DNA from: an uncultured Candidatus Saccharibacteria bacterium
GTDB taxonomy: Bacteria > Patescibacteriota > Saccharimonadia > Saccharimonadales > SZUA-47
Assembly (NCBI GenBank): GCA_964419675.1
Contig: CAYQPN010000004.1
Location: 11,001 to 75,000, forward strand
Direction of reading: 5' to 3'
Length of the DNA: 64,000 nucleotides
Both the position numbers and the translations under genes were made by a program. Below are positions 1 through 10,345 of this stretch, one piece after another. The notes under the pieces are model-generated. The model made no database searches and was not told the origin of the DNA. It saw only the letters and a program-made list of their open reading frames with translations. Each line of letters begins with the position of its first letter. Within the stretch, counting starts at the first letter, position 1.

Positions 1-1
1 T

Positions 2-649
2 TTTGTTGCAGGTTTGAGAGCGCTTTTGCGCCAAGACCCAAACATTATTATGGTAGGAGAAATTCGTGACGCCGAGACAGCAGGTCTTGGTGTTCAGGCA
101 GCACTTACAGGTCACCTCGTGTTCTCGACCCTACACACCAACAATGCCGCCACTTGCCTGCCTCGTTTACTGGATATGAATATTGAACCGTTCCTGATTG
201 CCAGTGTTGTACGGGTTGTTATTGGCCAGCGTCTGGTGCGCAGACTTGTTCCTGAAGATTGTCTAGAATATGTACCCACTGATGCAGAACGCAAAGAGAT
301 TGAACGCGTATTTAACATAAAGACAAAGGCTGACTGGGATAATCTTCTTGCACTTGTAACTCAGGCTCAAGAGTCGTTTGATAAACCAAAGTCCACAAAA
401 CTAACATTTTGGCGCCCCAAACCTGATTTACCAGAAGAAAAAACTGGATATAAGGGACGGATGGGAATATACGAAGTACTCAAAAATTCAACTGATATCC
501 AAAATTTGATAGTTAGTAACGCAACCAGCGAAGAACTTCAGGCAAGAGCCGTAGCAAATGGTATGCTTACCATGCAACTTGATGGGCTAATAAAAGCCTT
601 GATGGGCATGACAACTATAGAAGAAATACTTAGGGTAACAAGAGAATAA
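2..649 (+). CDS. pilB: Type IV pilus assembly ATPase, GspE/PilB family (C-terminal part; 5' end outside window)
   Basis: The frame is open to the window edge, and the ORF-track start at 14 is an internal TTG. It carries the IIMVGEIRD and [12 protein letters not shown] motifs of GspE-type ATPases. The stop lies 1 nt before pilC. Confidence 0.9.
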   Translation, partial: FVAGLRALLRQDPNIIMVGEIRDAETAGLGVQAALTGHLVFSTLHTNNAATCLPRLLDMNIEPFLIASVVRVVIGQRLVRRLVPEDCLEYVPTDAERKEIERVFNIKTKADWDNLLALVTQAQESFDKPKSTKLTFWRPKPDLPEEKTGYKGRMGIYEVLKNSTDIQNLIVSNATSEELQARAVANGMLTMQLDGLIKALMGMTTIEEILRVTRE

Positions 650-650
650 T

Positions 651-1862
651 ATGAGATTTGCATATACTGCACTAGATGAGGCTGGAAAGAAAAAAACTGG
701 GTTTGTTGAGGCCAACGATCAAGCCGGCGCCCGAAACGCACTTATACGGCTGAGCTTGAAACCTGTAACAATCAAAAAGGCCGGCAGCTCTGGTGGGTTC
801 ATGGAGTTTCTCTCTAAGGGTGGAAAAGTTAAGCCAAAAGACTTGGTTATATTCACTCGCCAGTTGGCTACCATGATAAACGCTGGTGTCCCACTAGTTC
901 GAAGCCTTGCAACCTTAAATGCCCAAACAGAAAATCCGGCATTTAAAAAAATACTAACTCAGGTCAGCAAAGATGTTGAAGGTGGTATGGCTTTTGCCGA
1001 TGCCTTGGAAAAACATAAGTCTTCGTTTAACTCGATTTTTATAAATATGATTAGAGCAGGAGAAGCCGGCGGTATCTTAGACGAAATCTTAAAGAAATTA
1101 GCTGTCCAGCAAGAAAAAGATGCCGCCATACGCGCCAAGTTCAAGGGAGCAATGGTCTATCCTACAGTTCTTATTGGCATCACAGTTATAGTTTTTATTG
1201 CCTTGATGACCCTTGTAGTTCCAAAAGTTGGCACTATTATTGCTGATTTATCCACAGACGGAGAACTGCCACAAATGACCAAAGTTATGTTAGGTATAAG
1301 TGATTTCTTAATTGGATTTTGGTATATACACCTTAGCGTGGTTGTAGGTGGTAGTTTTCTGTTACGCCGATACATTAAAACAGACAAAGGCCGAAATAAG
1401 AAAGATGGCTTGATGCTTAAACTACCTGCTGTTAAAGTGCTGGTTACTAAGATGGCTGTTGCTAGATTCGCACGCATATTCGCATCTCTCATGGGTGCAG
1501 GAGTAAGCGTAATAGAATCAATTGAAATAACAGCCAAAGCAATTGGCAACTCAGTTATTGAAAAAGAGCTGATGGATGCAGCCAAAGAAGTATCTAATGG
1601 AGAACAGTTCAGCACTCCACTGTCCAGAAGCAAGATATTCCCGCCCATCGTGTCTCAAATGATGGCAATCGGTGAAGAAACAGGTCAAACAGATGATGTG
1701 CTTGTTAAGGTCGCAGACTTTTATGAGGAAGAGGTGGATGCAGCAGTAGAAGGCATGAGTTCAATCTTGGAGCCAATTTTAATTGTTGTCATGGGTGGAA
1801 TGGTTGGAGTTATTGCTGCTAGTGTTATCGGGCCTATTAGCGGTCTTGCCAAGCAAATTTAA
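651..1862 (+). CDS. pilC: Type IV pilus inner-membrane platform protein PilC (GspF family)
   Basis: This 403-aa protein has the duplicated GspF-domain architecture, including FTRQLATMINAGVPL and MMAIGEETGQ motifs and TM segments. It sits between pilB and the pilin gene. Confidence 0.9.
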   Translation: MRFAYTALDEAGKKKTGFVEANDQAGARNALIRLSLKPVTIKKAGSSGGFMEFLSKGGKVKPKDLVIFTRQLATMINAGVPLVRSLATLNAQTENPAFKKILTQVSKDVEGGMAFADALEKHKSSFNSIFINMIRAGEAGGILDEILKKLAVQQEKDAAIRAKFKGAMVYPTVLIGITVIVFIALMTLVVPKVGTIIADLSTDGELPQMTKVMLGISDFLIGFWYIHLSVVVGGSFLLRRYIKTDKGRNKKDGLMLKLPAVKVLVTKMAVARFARIFASLMGAGVSVIESIEITAKAIGNSVIEKELMDAAKEVSNGEQFSTPLSRSKIFPPIVSQMMAIGEETGQTDDVLVKVADFYEEEVDAAVEGMSSILEPILIVVMGGMVGVIAASVIGPISGLAKQI

Positions 1863-1881
1863 TAAAGTTGTTTAAAATTGC

Positions 1882-1910
1882 TTGACACTGACACAATATT
1901 TATAGATACT
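1882..1910 (+). promoter_or_regulatory. Candidate sigma70-type promoter for the pilin gene
   Basis: TTGACA (1882-1887), a 17-nt spacer and GATACT (1905-1910) lie about 70 nt upstream of the pilin ATG. An AAGGAGG Shine-Dalgarno sits at about 1964-1970. Confidence 0.35.
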
Positions 1911-1979
1911 TGATAAACATAAGCCCTATGAAACCAAGTAGGCTTACCTATATAACAATTAATAAGGAGGTGGGCTCCA

Positions 1980-2450
1980 ATGCTCAAACTAAATAGAAAA
2001 CAAAGTGGTTTTACAATCATCGAACTTTTGATTGTAATTGCAATCATTGGTATCTTGGCAACGTTAGTACTAACGAACTTCCAGGGTGCACAAGCGAAAG
2101 GACGAGATACTGTTCGAAAGAGCGATATCAACAGTCTTTATCAGAAACTAGAAGAATACTACAACGAGAATGGTACATATCCAAACGTGGCAGTAACATC
2201 AGCTAATGCATCAACATTATTCCCAGGAATAGACGCAGAAGCTGTTAAGGATGCTGATGGCGACGACATAAGTACTACATTCACAAACAGTACTACAGCC
2301 CCAGTACCAAACCCAGATACAAATACAGAATACATTCTAGGTCTTTACGGAACTGGATGTGTATCAACTGGTACATGTGACAAATATGTACTATCTGGAT
2401 TCCAAGAAACAGATACAGCAAACGACTACAATAAGAATAGCTTGAACTAA
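1980..2450 (+). CDS. Type IV pilin (prepilin with N-terminal methylation/cleavage motif)
   Basis: The N-terminus MLKLNRKQSG/FTIIELLIVIAIIGILA is a class III signal with G-1, F+1 and E+5. A C-terminal Cys pair is present (GTGCVSTGTC). Confidence 0.9.
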   Translation: MLKLNRKQSGFTIIELLIVIAIIGILATLVLTNFQGAQAKGRDTVRKSDINSLYQKLEEYYNENGTYPNVAVTSANASTLFPGIDAEAVKDADGDDISTTFTNSTTAPVPNPDTNTEYILGLYGTGCVSTGTCDKYVLSGFQETDTANDYNKNSLN

Positions 2451-2474
2451 CTAAAGCTAACTAGTATTGAAATC

Positions 2475-2508
2475 AGAGCGCTCTTTAAAATAAAGAGCGC
2501 TCTTTTCA
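2475..2508 (+). terminator. Rho-independent terminator after the pilin gene
   Basis: A 13-bp perfect stem (AGAGCGCTCTTTA/TAAAGAGCGCTCT) is followed by TTTT. Confidence 0.8.
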
Positions 2509-2578
2509 AATAAAAGTATTGGATACAACCAAGCTCAAATAAGTTATACTTATATTAAAGAGCTAACGCTTAATAATT

Positions 2579-3640
2579 ATGGCTATATTCTACACAGACA
2601 AACCAGTATTTGGATTCGACATTGGACGAAGCTCCATTAAAGCTATTCAGATTGACCAAATTGGTAAAAAGGCCGTAGTCAGTGGCTACGGTACTGTTTC
2701 GTTTGACCCAAAAGCCGTCGACAAAGGAGTCATTGTTGATCATGAAGTTATTATCAAAGCCGCATACGAACTATTGACCAAACAAATTGTCGGAAGGATA
2801 ACAACTAGAGACGTCGCTGTATCGCTTCCTAATGCCCATAGTTTCAGCCGGGTAGTTACTCTACCTAAAATGGACGGCAAGGACCTAGACGAAGCTGTTA
2901 CTGCTGAAGTCGACCAGTCCATACCATTGCCTATTGACGAGCTGTATTACGACTACAGTGTTGCTAGAGAGCTTGAGGACGGAAATATTGAAGTCCAGCT
3001 TGTTGCCTCTCCTAAAACAATCATTGAGTCTTATATGAAGGTTTTTAATGCTCTTGGGCTTAACGTCGCCCTGATTGAGTCAAATATTACGGCAATGACT
3101 CGTATAGTTGTTCATGCTGAAGCTCACGATGTTAACACGCTTATTGTAGACGTTGGATCCACTTCTTGTGACATGTCAATTTACGACGGCACAGCTATCA
3201 GAGCAACTGGAACGGTTGACTGCTCAAGCGAACGAATTACCCAAAATATTGCCGATAAGCTGGGCGTCAGTTTGCAACAAGCACACAGTATCAAAACCCG
3301 TTACGGATTAGATTCTAGTAAAAAACAAGACGAGATTATCAAAGCCACAGAACCAGAGCTAAACAAACTAGTTAACGAGATACGTAAGGTTATGCGCTAT
3401 TTCACAGACAGAGATAATACCAGCGGGCCTATCGGTCAAATTATTATTTTAGGCGGTGGCGCCAACTTGCCTGGTCTTAGTGGTTATATAACAAATAGAA
3501 CCCGTGTTGCAGCCAGGTTATGCGCCCCATGGAACAATCTCGATTTCGGAAAACTTCAGCCACCTCATGAACTAGAATCTACGCTATACACTACCGCAAG
3601 CGGGCTTGGCCTAGTTACTCCGCAGGAGATAGCAAGATGA
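2579..3640 (+). CDS. pilM: Type IV pilus assembly protein PilM (actin-like ATPase fold)
   Basis: This 353-aa protein has an FGFDIGRSSIKA N-terminus and an ILGGGANLPGL motif typical of PilM/FtsA-like proteins. It is followed by pilN. Confidence 0.85.
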   Translation: MAIFYTDKPVFGFDIGRSSIKAIQIDQIGKKAVVSGYGTVSFDPKAVDKGVIVDHEVIIKAAYELLTKQIVGRITTRDVAVSLPNAHSFSRVVTLPKMDGKDLDEAVTAEVDQSIPLPIDELYYDYSVARELEDGNIEVQLVASPKTIIESYMKVFNALGLNVALIESNITAMTRIVVHAEAHDVNTLIVDVGSTSCDMSIYDGTAIRATGTVDCSSERITQNIADKLGVSLQQAHSIKTRYGLDSSKKQDEIIKATEPELNKLVNEIRKVMRYFTDRDNTSGPIGQIIILGGGANLPGLSGYITNRTRVAARLCAPWNNLDFGKLQPPHELESTLYTTASGLGLVTPQEIAR

Positions 3641-4266
3641 TTAATTTGCTCCCAACTGACGAACTCGTAGAACGAAAGTATGGTAGACGCAACAAGATTC
3701 TGGCAAGTTACGTAGCTTACTTGTTAGTAACTGCTGGACTTGTTGCGTCAATACTTGTTGGCAGTTTACGTTTTGTTGGTTCTAACGAGCCACTTCTCCG
3801 TAAACAGCTGGAAGAGAATGAAGCGCAGTCAGCTATATTGGAGTCAAAAGTAGCGGAGTTGGGCAAAGTCACGCAACGCCTAACAACCACAAACAAACTC
3901 TTCGATAGTGCTATATCTTTCTCAGAACTTATCCCAAAGATAGGAAGTTTGTTGCCTCAAGGATCTATTCTTAACGGTTTATCATTAAATGGAGGCAAGA
4001 CTGATCCTTTATCACTTGAAGTTGATTTATACAGTGCTGATCTAGCTCCAATATTGCAAAGTAATTTAATAAACTCTGACCTGTTTGAAGCAGCTGACAT
4101 CAACTCAATTACGAGCATTGCTGACGATACTAGCGTTTATAAGTTTTCAGCATCTGTTTCAGCTAGTTTTACTGGATCAGCCGATGCAAAAAAGAAAATA
4201 GCAGCAGCAGCCGCAGCAGCAGAAGCAGCGGCAAAAGCAAAAACAGATTCAGGGAGCACTAAGTAA
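3637..4266 (+). CDS. pilN: PilN-like pilus assembly protein
   Basis: It has the MINLLP N-terminus and a single TM followed by a coiled coil. The start overlaps the pilM stop. Confidence 0.7.
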   Translation: MINLLPTDELVERKYGRRNKILASYVAYLLVTAGLVASILVGSLRFVGSNEPLLRKQLEENEAQSAILESKVAELGKVTQRLTTTNKLFDSAISFSELIPKIGSLLPQGSILNGLSLNGGKTDPLSLEVDLYSADLAPILQSNLINSDLFEAADINSITSIADDTSVYKFSASVSASFTGSADAKKKIAAAAAAAEAAAKAKTDSGSTK

Positions 4267-4841
4267 TGCGCGCTAAACAATTCTTTTTCGTAATGATAGC
4301 CTTTATTGCGTTGTCTATTGCAGCAGTCGCAGGATCGTTTGTATGGGGCAAAAATCTACTTCAGACAAGAGCTGCATCTGTATCAGATCTTGAAGCCGAC
4401 AGAGACATAGCCCAGGAGAAGATATTGATGTTACAGAAAGCGCAAAACGACTCAAAAAATCTAGAAAACGTAAAACAACTCTTAGACCGCCTACTTCCAA
4501 CTGGTAAAGAACAGGACAAGCTTGTAGCAGATATTATATATACTGCAACTTCTCAAGCTGGCATACCGTTTTCTAAAGTAAAGTCATTTTCGTTTAGTGG
4601 GGGTACCGATCCGGACAGTTTGTCTGGGACAGTAATTTCAAAAGAGAACCCTGGTGTTTACGAATACCCTTTTTCTCTTCAAATTAACGATATTAGCTAT
4701 GAGACCTTGCTAAAACTATTAACCGAAATAGAAACTAATGGTAGGATAGTTCAAGTTGCTAATATACAGATTGCCCCGAGTGCAGAAGATCCAAATATAT
4801 TAGTAGTCAGCTTATCAATGAAAGCGTATTTACAACCATGA
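4266..4841 (+). CDS. pilO: PilO-like pilus assembly protein
   Basis: It has an N-terminal TM followed by a coiled coil. The call rests on its position after pilN and a start that overlaps the pilN stop. Confidence 0.55.
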   Translation: MRAKQFFFVMIAFIALSIAAVAGSFVWGKNLLQTRAASVSDLEADRDIAQEKILMLQKAQNDSKNLENVKQLLDRLLPTGKEQDKLVADIIYTATSQAGIPFSKVKSFSFSGGTDPDSLSGTVISKENPGVYEYPFSLQINDISYETLLKLLTEIETNGRIVQVANIQIAPSAEDPNILVVSLSMKAYLQP

Positions 4842-5155
4842 ACGATCAAATAAAAGAACTCACATCAAAAATTACTAAAAAAATTGGGCCCCTAAGCTCT
4901 TTTATGGCTAGACACAGATTTATATTAGTATTTTTAGTTGCTTGTGGGGTAATTCTAATAACCCTATTGCAAACCAGAATCTACACTAATCCGGAGAGAA
5001 ACGACGCTAGATTTGAAACTGGAAAGTCTGCGATAAATGTATTCACGATAGATCAAGATATTGTCGATAAACTTAGTAAAACTTCCGAAGATCAAAACAT
5101 TGAAGTTGATCAGAGCCTTGTTCCTAACCGCAATAACCCCTTCATTGAACAGTAG
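4838..5155 (+). CDS. Small membrane protein, last gene of the pilus operon (function unknown)
   Basis: This 105-aa protein has one TM. Its ATG overlaps the pilO stop (ATGA). I recognise no family. Confidence 0.5.
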   Translation: MNDQIKELTSKITKKIGPLSSFMARHRFILVFLVACGVILITLLQTRIYTNPERNDARFETGKSAINVFTIDQDIVDKLSKTSEDQNIEVDQSLVPNRNNPFIEQ

Positions 5156-5158
5156 GAG

Positions 5159-5734
5159 TTAGTCGGTAATATTGGGTTCAGGACGAAGTTCGTTGTCGTG
5201 TTGACCTAGCATTTTTTCTCGAGCTTCCAAAATTATTTTTGCATAATAGCCTGGTCTAGGACAGTTAGTAAAACTGAAGTTCACTTGCTCGCCAGCCGTT
5301 TCAACGTTTAAAGCTCCAAAGTCAAAAAGTGTTGATAATACACCGTCCTGTTTTGCCGTTACATCTTCAACGTTTGCCAGATTCAACTGAGAAACTTTTC
5401 GGCTAAAAAGTCCATACTGAAGGGTTTGTGTAATGTTTCTATCGGTTATTACAAATCTGTTTTGGCGATATATAATCGTCGCGATAATTAATATAATAAT
5501 AGCCACACCTACGACAGCAGATGCAAATATATTTGCAATCATGAATGCTGCGTCGGTATCACTCAAGACAGAAGGTATTAGAAAGTAAGATAACAACAAG
5601 CCTGCTATTAGCCCCACAGCGGTTTCTAAAAAAACTATGATAATCCCTATTGGGTGCTTTACGATTTCTGCCAGCTTAACTTCGTCTGCATCTACGCGGT
5701 TTATCGTAGATTTCATGTTGTATTGTGTTCTCAT
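5159..5734 (-). CDS. Membrane protein with bacterial PH (YdbS/YdbT-like) domain
   Basis: Two TM helices are followed by a RFVITDRNI...LNVETAG pattern typical of bPH_2 domains. Confidence 0.65.
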   Translation of the reverse strand: MRTQYNMKSTINRVDADEVKLAEIVKHPIGIIIVFLETAVGLIAGLLLSYFLIPSVLSDTDAAFMIANIFASAVVGVAIIILIIATIIYRQNRFVITDRNITQTLQYGLFSRKVSQLNLANVEDVTAKQDGVLSTLFDFGALNVETAGEQVNFSFTNCPRPGYYAKIILEAREKMLGQHDNELRPEPNITD

Positions 5735-5746
5735 ATTTAATTTAAA

Positions 5747-6787
5747 TTATAGCAGTTTTTCTTGAGAAGAGCTGTTAGATTTTGGCTTTATGTCCATGTG
5801 CTGATAGGCCCTACTTGTTACTTTTCTACCTCTCGGTGTCCGTTCTAAAAAGCCTATTTGCATCAAATACGGTTCATAGAAATCTTCAACCGTACTAATT
5901 TCATCACCCAAGACTGCAGCTAACGTGTTTAAACCCACAGGTCCACCAGCATGATTTTCAATAATCGCTCGAAGTAACATTCTGTCAGCAGGGTCTAATC
6001 CCATTTTATCTACTTCAAGTAACTCTAGTGCTTTATCCGTAACCACGTCATCAATTATTCCATCACCGTTTACGTCGGCATAATCCCGAACTCTCTTTAG
6101 TAGTCGGTTAGCAATTCTTGGCGTGAGTCGTGACCTTGTTGATAATACTTCTGCAGCATTCCCTTTTAGCTCAGAGCCAAGTATTTTGGATGACCGTTTA
6201 ATAATTGAAGCAATTTCTTCCGGTTTATAGTATTCAAGTCTGTGCAACATGCCAAAACGGTCCCGTAAAGGCGCTGCTAGCGCTCCAGTACGGGTTGTAG
6301 CCCCTATTAAAGTAAACTTAGGCACATCAAGCCGTAAACTCCGTGCACTAGGCCCTTTGCCAAGCATTATATCAATTGCGTAATCTTCCATTGCAGAATA
6401 AAGAACTTCTTCGACAGAACGGTTCAAGCGGTGAATTTCATCAATAAACAACACGTCACCTTCACCCAGGTTTGTAAGTATGCTAGCTAAGTCTGCGGCG
6501 CGATCAATTGCGGGCCCGCTCGTTACGCGTATTTGTGCGCCCATTTCGTTAGCAATAATACTGGCAAGGGTAGTTTTACCAAGTCCTGGTGGGCCGTAAA
6601 GCAAAATATGGTCTAGTGGTTCAGCGCGTTTTTTAGCAGCCTGAATCGCTAGCTGTATATTTTGTTTTATTCTCTCCTGACCAATCCAGTCGCCAAAACT
6701 TGTCGGCCTTAGAACATTCTCGATCCGTTTCTCTTCTTCGTCTGGAGCATCATCCTGCGCAGGATTAACAATTCTTTCAATCGCCAT
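5747..6787 (-). CDS. ruvB: Holliday junction branch migration ATPase RuvB
   Basis: It has Walker [10 protein letters not shown], the DEIHRL motif and overall RuvB colinearity. Confidence 0.97.
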   Translation of the reverse strand: MAIERIVNPAQDDAPDEEEKRIENVLRPTSFGDWIGQERIKQNIQLAIQAAKKRAEPLDHILLYGPPGLGKTTLASIIANEMGAQIRVTSGPAIDRAADLASILTNLGEGDVLFIDEIHRLNRSVEEVLYSAMEDYAIDIMLGKGPSARSLRLDVPKFTLIGATTRTGALAAPLRDRFGMLHRLEYYKPEEIASIIKRSSKILGSELKGNAAEVLSTRSRLTPRIANRLLKRVRDYADVNGDGIIDDVVTDKALELLEVDKMGLDPADRMLLRAIIENHAGGPVGLNTLAAVLGDEISTVEDFYEPYLMQIGFLERTPRGRKVTSRAYQHMDIKPKSNSSSQEKLL

Positions 6788-7362
6788 TATTTTTTCACCC
6801 TCAGAGCTTCTTTCACGCGTTCGCTGGTTGAAAGTTTAGGGTCTACACCACGCAAAAGTTGGACGGCATCTTGGGCATTATGGCCTAGAGCAGTTAACGC
6901 CTCTACGGCTTCGTCAGTGACTGCAAAATCACCTAAGAAGTCTGTAGCGTTGTCACTGGCTTCTAGCCCAACCTTGTTTTTCAAATCGACGACAGCCCTC
7001 TCAGCCACCTTTTTACCGACGCCTTTGGCTGCTGATATAAACTTAGTGTCCCCGCTAGCAATAGCCGAACGAACTTGGCCCTCTGACCCGACATTCAAAA
7101 TTGCCATTGCTGCTTTTGGTCCAACCCCGTTAACACTTATCAGAAGTCCGAACAGTTGCCGGCGCGATTTTGCACTAAAACCAAATAGTTCATGTGCATC
7201 TTCTTTTATCTGCTCAGCGATATACAGATTACACTTTGTTCCAAGAGATAGCTTTTGTTGTTCATCAAAACAAACTTGCACACCGTAACCCACGCCTCCA
7301 CAATCCACAATAACCTGTGAACCCTCGTGCTCAATAACTTCTCCGGTTAATCTTGCAATCAT
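6787..7362 (-). CDS. ruvA: Holliday junction DNA helicase subunit RuvA
   Basis: It has the [10 protein letters not shown]-terminus and HhH motifs ([19 protein letters not shown]). It is adjacent to ruvB. Confidence 0.95.
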   Translation of the reverse strand: MIARLTGEVIEHEGSQVIVDCGGVGYGVQVCFDEQQKLSLGTKCNLYIAEQIKEDAHELFGFSAKSRRQLFGLLISVNGVGPKAAMAILNVGSEGQVRSAIASGDTKFISAAKGVGKKVAERAVVDLKNKVGLEASDNATDFLGDFAVTDEAVEALTALGHNAQDAVQLLRGVDPKLSTSERVKEALRVKK

Positions 7363-7392
7363 ACCTACAGTTTACAGTATAGTTGCGAGAGT

Positions 7393-7872
7393 TTATAGTT
7401 TAGCGCTAACCCCGTTAGCAAGATGTGTAAGTGCGCAGGCCAGAGCGTCGGCACAATCGTCTGGCTTTGGTTTAGTTTTAAGTCCTAATTGCACCCGTAC
7501 CATTTCTTGAATTTGCGCCTTTGTGGCTCGCCCGTAACCTGTCATTGCCATTTTAATTTGCAGGGGGGTGTATTCATAAATCGGTATGCCAGCCTCAGCA
7601 AGAGCCAGCAAAATTACTCCGCGGGCCTGTGATACCTTCATGGCAGTAGTCACGTTTTGAGCAAAAAACAGTTTCTCGACAGACGCTGCATCGGGTTTAA
7701 ATTCTTGAACCAGCTCTTTCATAGATTCATATAGATCAACCAAGCGACTTGCATCATCATCACCAATAATTGTCCTAATTACTCCTGCGTCGAGTAGTTT
7801 AGGATTAGATTTTTTCTCTATCAACCCAAAACCAATTATTCCTGAGCCTGGATCAATGCCTAGTATTTTCAT
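7393..7872 (-). CDS. ruvC: Crossover junction endodeoxyribonuclease RuvC
   Basis: It starts MKILGIDPG, has RNase H-like fold motifs and is the length of RuvC. Confidence 0.93.
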   Translation of the reverse strand: MKILGIDPGSGIIGFGLIEKKSNPKLLDAGVIRTIIGDDDASRLVDLYESMKELVQEFKPDAASVEKLFFAQNVTTAMKVSQARGVILLALAEAGIPIYEYTPLQIKMAMTGYGRATKAQIQEMVRVQLGLKTKPKPDDCADALACALTHLANGVSAKL

Positions 7873-8516
7873 TTGTGTAACCGTAAATCGTTCCCATTTA
7901 TAATTATCACTTGTCCGTCGTTTAGCTTTTTGTATTCCTGGTTATGGAGTTTAAAGTATGCCTCAGCTCTTTTAGCGGAATCCACGAACCAGTCCATATT
8001 ACAGTGGGGTATTACTATAAAGTCTACTAAGCCAAGCCCACTCCAGATTGTCTTTTTTATAGGATAGCTTGCGGGTACAATACTTGGCGAAGGTCGATCA
8101 CCATATTGAATACCTTTCAATGAATCTGCTACGATACAGGCTCCGGCACTCCAGCCACCATATGCTATTTTATCTTGATCCAACAATTCTTTAAGTATTT
8201 TATCTAGGCCGGAAGCATGCATCGCTCTGCGAAGTATGAATGTATTACCTCCTGCGCACCAAACTGAGCCAAATGATGCAATTTTAATTTTCAACTTGTT
8301 ACTTTTGCCAAAATAATTGCGTAAATCTATCTCTTCAAATTTAAAGCCGAAATTCTCAAACATCTGCTTTTTCGAAGCTGTACTGAAATTTCTCTCTTCT
8401 GAGGTTTTATCATCTTGAGCATTTTTTATAAATGCCGCATTATTATTTTCCCCAACTAGTTCACGTGCTAGCTTGCCATATTTTCCAAAATCTTGAGATG
8501 ACAAAAAAAGTCTCAT
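7869..8516 (-). CDS. Peptidase S51 family (dipeptidase E-like, class I glutamine amidotransferase-like fold)
   Basis: GGNTFILRRAM and GGWSAGACI motifs are typical of the S51 family. A paralogue lies at 39385-40041. Confidence 0.75.
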   Translation of the reverse strand: MRLFLSSQDFGKYGKLARELVGENNNAAFIKNAQDDKTSEERNFSTASKKQMFENFGFKFEEIDLRNYFGKSNKLKIKIASFGSVWCAGGNTFILRRAMHASGLDKILKELLDQDKIAYGGWSAGACIVADSLKGIQYGDRPSPSIVPASYPIKKTIWSGLGLVDFIVIPHCNMDWFVDSAKRAEAYFKLHNQEYKKLNDGQVIIINGNDLRLHK

Positions 8517-9217
8517 GCTAAGTTAGTATACGTATTAACTACATCGTCGAGTTCTTCGATTGCCTCCAGCAAATTCACAACTTTTTCTTGTTTTTCGACG
8601 TCAAGCTCTACGGTAGTATTTGGCTCATAAGTTAGCTCGGCGTCGAGAATTTCGAGTCCCGCCACCTTTATAGCATCTCTAACCTTCGCCAGTTCTTTTG
8701 CATCTGTAACGACTCGCATTTCTCCACCATCTTCATCTGTTGCATCTTCAGCTCCGGCGTCTAGAACTGAGAGTAGAGCATCTTCCCCGCTTGCTTTAAC
8801 TGTGATTATTCCTTTTCGGTCAAATTGAAATGCAACTGCCCCTTTTTCGGCAATCGAGCCACCTTTTTTATTGAAGGCATTCTTAACTTCTGGATAAGTA
8901 CGATTAATATTATCGGTGGCGCACTCGACAATAATTGCTACCCCACCTGGCCCGTATCCTTCATACATAACTTCATGAAGTTGCGCTGCACTTTTATCCG
9001 TAACTCTCGCTATTGAACGTTCTATATTAGCGTTAGGCATATTAGCAGCCTTGGCCTTTTCAATTGCTAAAGCTAGAGATGGATTCATAGCGGGGTCTCC
9101 TCCGCCGCGGGCAGCTAGAGCAATCATGTTACCAAGTTTAGTAAACACGGCTCCGCGCTGGGCGTCTTTAGCGCCCTTTTCGCGTTTGATTGTTGACCAC
9201 TTACTATGACCTGACAT
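8513..9217 (-). CDS. yebC: YebC/PmpR family DNA-binding regulator
   Basis: The MSGHSKWSTIKREKGAKDAQRG N-terminus is diagnostic of the family. Confidence 0.95.
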   Translation of the reverse strand: MSGHSKWSTIKREKGAKDAQRGAVFTKLGNMIALAARGGGDPAMNPSLALAIEKAKAANMPNANIERSIARVTDKSAAQLHEVMYEGYGPGGVAIIVECATDNINRTYPEVKNAFNKKGGSIAEKGAVAFQFDRKGIITVKASGEDALLSVLDAGAEDATDEDGGEMRVVTDAKELAKVRDAIKVAGLEILDAELTYEPNTTVELDVEKQEKVVNLLEAIEELDDVVNTYTNLA

Positions 9218-9323
9218 TTTCGCCTCTTTATATCTGTTATTGTATCACGAAGCCAGCAACCACTCACGCATACCTTATTTATGCTGTATACTCTGATTAT
9301 TAATTACTTTTAAGGAGATTTCT

Positions 9324-10061
9324 TTGCAAAGAATCAGTGAGTTTAAAAAGTATTTTCTATACACTATGATAGGTTGCTTAATTGCTGGGTCTTTAGTTGC
9401 TGTTACTTCTGTAATGATTGGTTCTTTCAATGAAACATCTTCTAGAATCGTCGGTACTCTAGTAATAATTGTGGCCCACGCTTTAGTGAGTTTCTTCATA
9501 CTCCCCGACAACAAAGACGACAATTTCTTAAACAGATTCAAGATGTTTTCTGACATTCTATTTTTCCTACTTATTGCTAGTTTGTTTACCGCCATTTTGG
9601 CCACCTGGCAAGCATTCAGCACTGATGTTACTGGGCAGCTCTATGGAATAATAGGAACTATAGGTGTAAGTGCGCTGCAAATTAATGCCTACAGGCTTTT
9701 GCAGATAAAAAACAAGGCTCTCAGCATGGCAACAAATGTTGGTTCGGCACTTGCTGTTCTCTTTGGCTCATTGTTAACCGTACTTATACTAGGCTACAGT
9801 TCATGGCTTGAGGGGTCTTTAGAGATATTCAATAGATTGCTTGCTTCGGTAGGCATCCTAGATAGCGCTACTTTAGTTATTGCTGCAGTACTTTATAAAC
9901 TATATCTTCAGAAACACCCGAATGAAAAGAACATCTTAAAATTTGGTGGTAATACAAGCGTATTAAGGATTATTGGAATTGCTGTTCTGGCGCTTATAGC
10001 ATTGAACGTCCTTGTCTCGCTGTTATTCTTTCTAATGTCCAGCGTGAATAACAGCTTCTAG
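9324..10061 (+). CDS. Polytopic membrane protein, unknown function
   Basis: It has about 7 hydrophobic segments. The TTG start lies 7 nt after an AAGGAG Shine-Dalgarno, and an alternative ATG is at 9366. The antisense ORF 9275-9622 is discounted. Confidence 0.6.
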   Translation: MQRISEFKKYFLYTMIGCLIAGSLVAVTSVMIGSFNETSSRIVGTLVIIVAHALVSFFILPDNKDDNFLNRFKMFSDILFFLLIASLFTAILATWQAFSTDVTGQLYGIIGTIGVSALQINAYRLLQIKNKALSMATNVGSALAVLFGSLLTVLILGYSSWLEGSLEIFNRLLASVGILDSATLVIAAVLYKLYLQKHPNEKNILKFGGNTSVLRIIGIAVLALIALNVLVSLLFFLMSSVNNSF

Positions 10062-10125
10062 AAGGAAAAACTCGAGCCTTCCTTATCTAATATATTCTTC
10101 TCAGTAGAAGCAAATCATATAAAAA

Positions 10126-10146
10126 GACTCATTCTTAAGATGAGTC
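10126..10146. terminator. Bidirectional hairpin terminator
   Basis: The stem GACTCAT/ATGAGTC is flanked by an A-run and a T-run. It can terminate the plus-strand gene 9324-10061 and the minus-strand tRNA-Lys/family A unit. Confidence 0.7.
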
Positions 10147-10154
10147 ATTTTATT

Positions 10155-10309
10155 TGGAGGGCCCGATGAGACTCGGTCACCTCTGGCGACCCCTAAACTA
10201 CATTTTTCAAAACAAGTTTTGAAGAGTAGGTTTCCTTGCGAAATGCCACCGGCATTTCTCACTCATGACACCGAATGTGTCGTGACTTGAATCTCATCTG
10301 GAGTCGACC
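10155..10309 (-). repeat. Family A element, copy 1: 5'-truncated tRNA-Lys copy with an 85-nt three-hairpin module in its T-loop
   Basis: Segment 10155-10175 equals the tRNA-Lys 3' 21 nt (21/21). Segment 10261-10272 equals the tRNA variable loop plus 5' T-stem (12/12). The module at 10176-10260 is shared with the copies at 31837, 38975 and 39228. Confidence 0.75.
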
Positions 10310-10337
10310 AAAAATAAAACCGTCCTTTTGGGACGGT
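10310..10337 (-). terminator. Rho-independent terminator directly after tRNA-Lys
   Basis: The stem ACCGTCC/GGACGGT is followed on the minus strand by TTTTATTTTT. Confidence 0.75.
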
Positions 10338-10345
10338 GCTATTTT

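Noticed and set aside
9275-9622. The 115-aa minus-strand ORF overlapping the start of the membrane protein gene 9324-10061.
   Set aside because: The plus-strand ORF has a strong Shine-Dalgarno and consistent TM-helix periodicity over 245 aa. The minus-strand ORF has no supporting signals.
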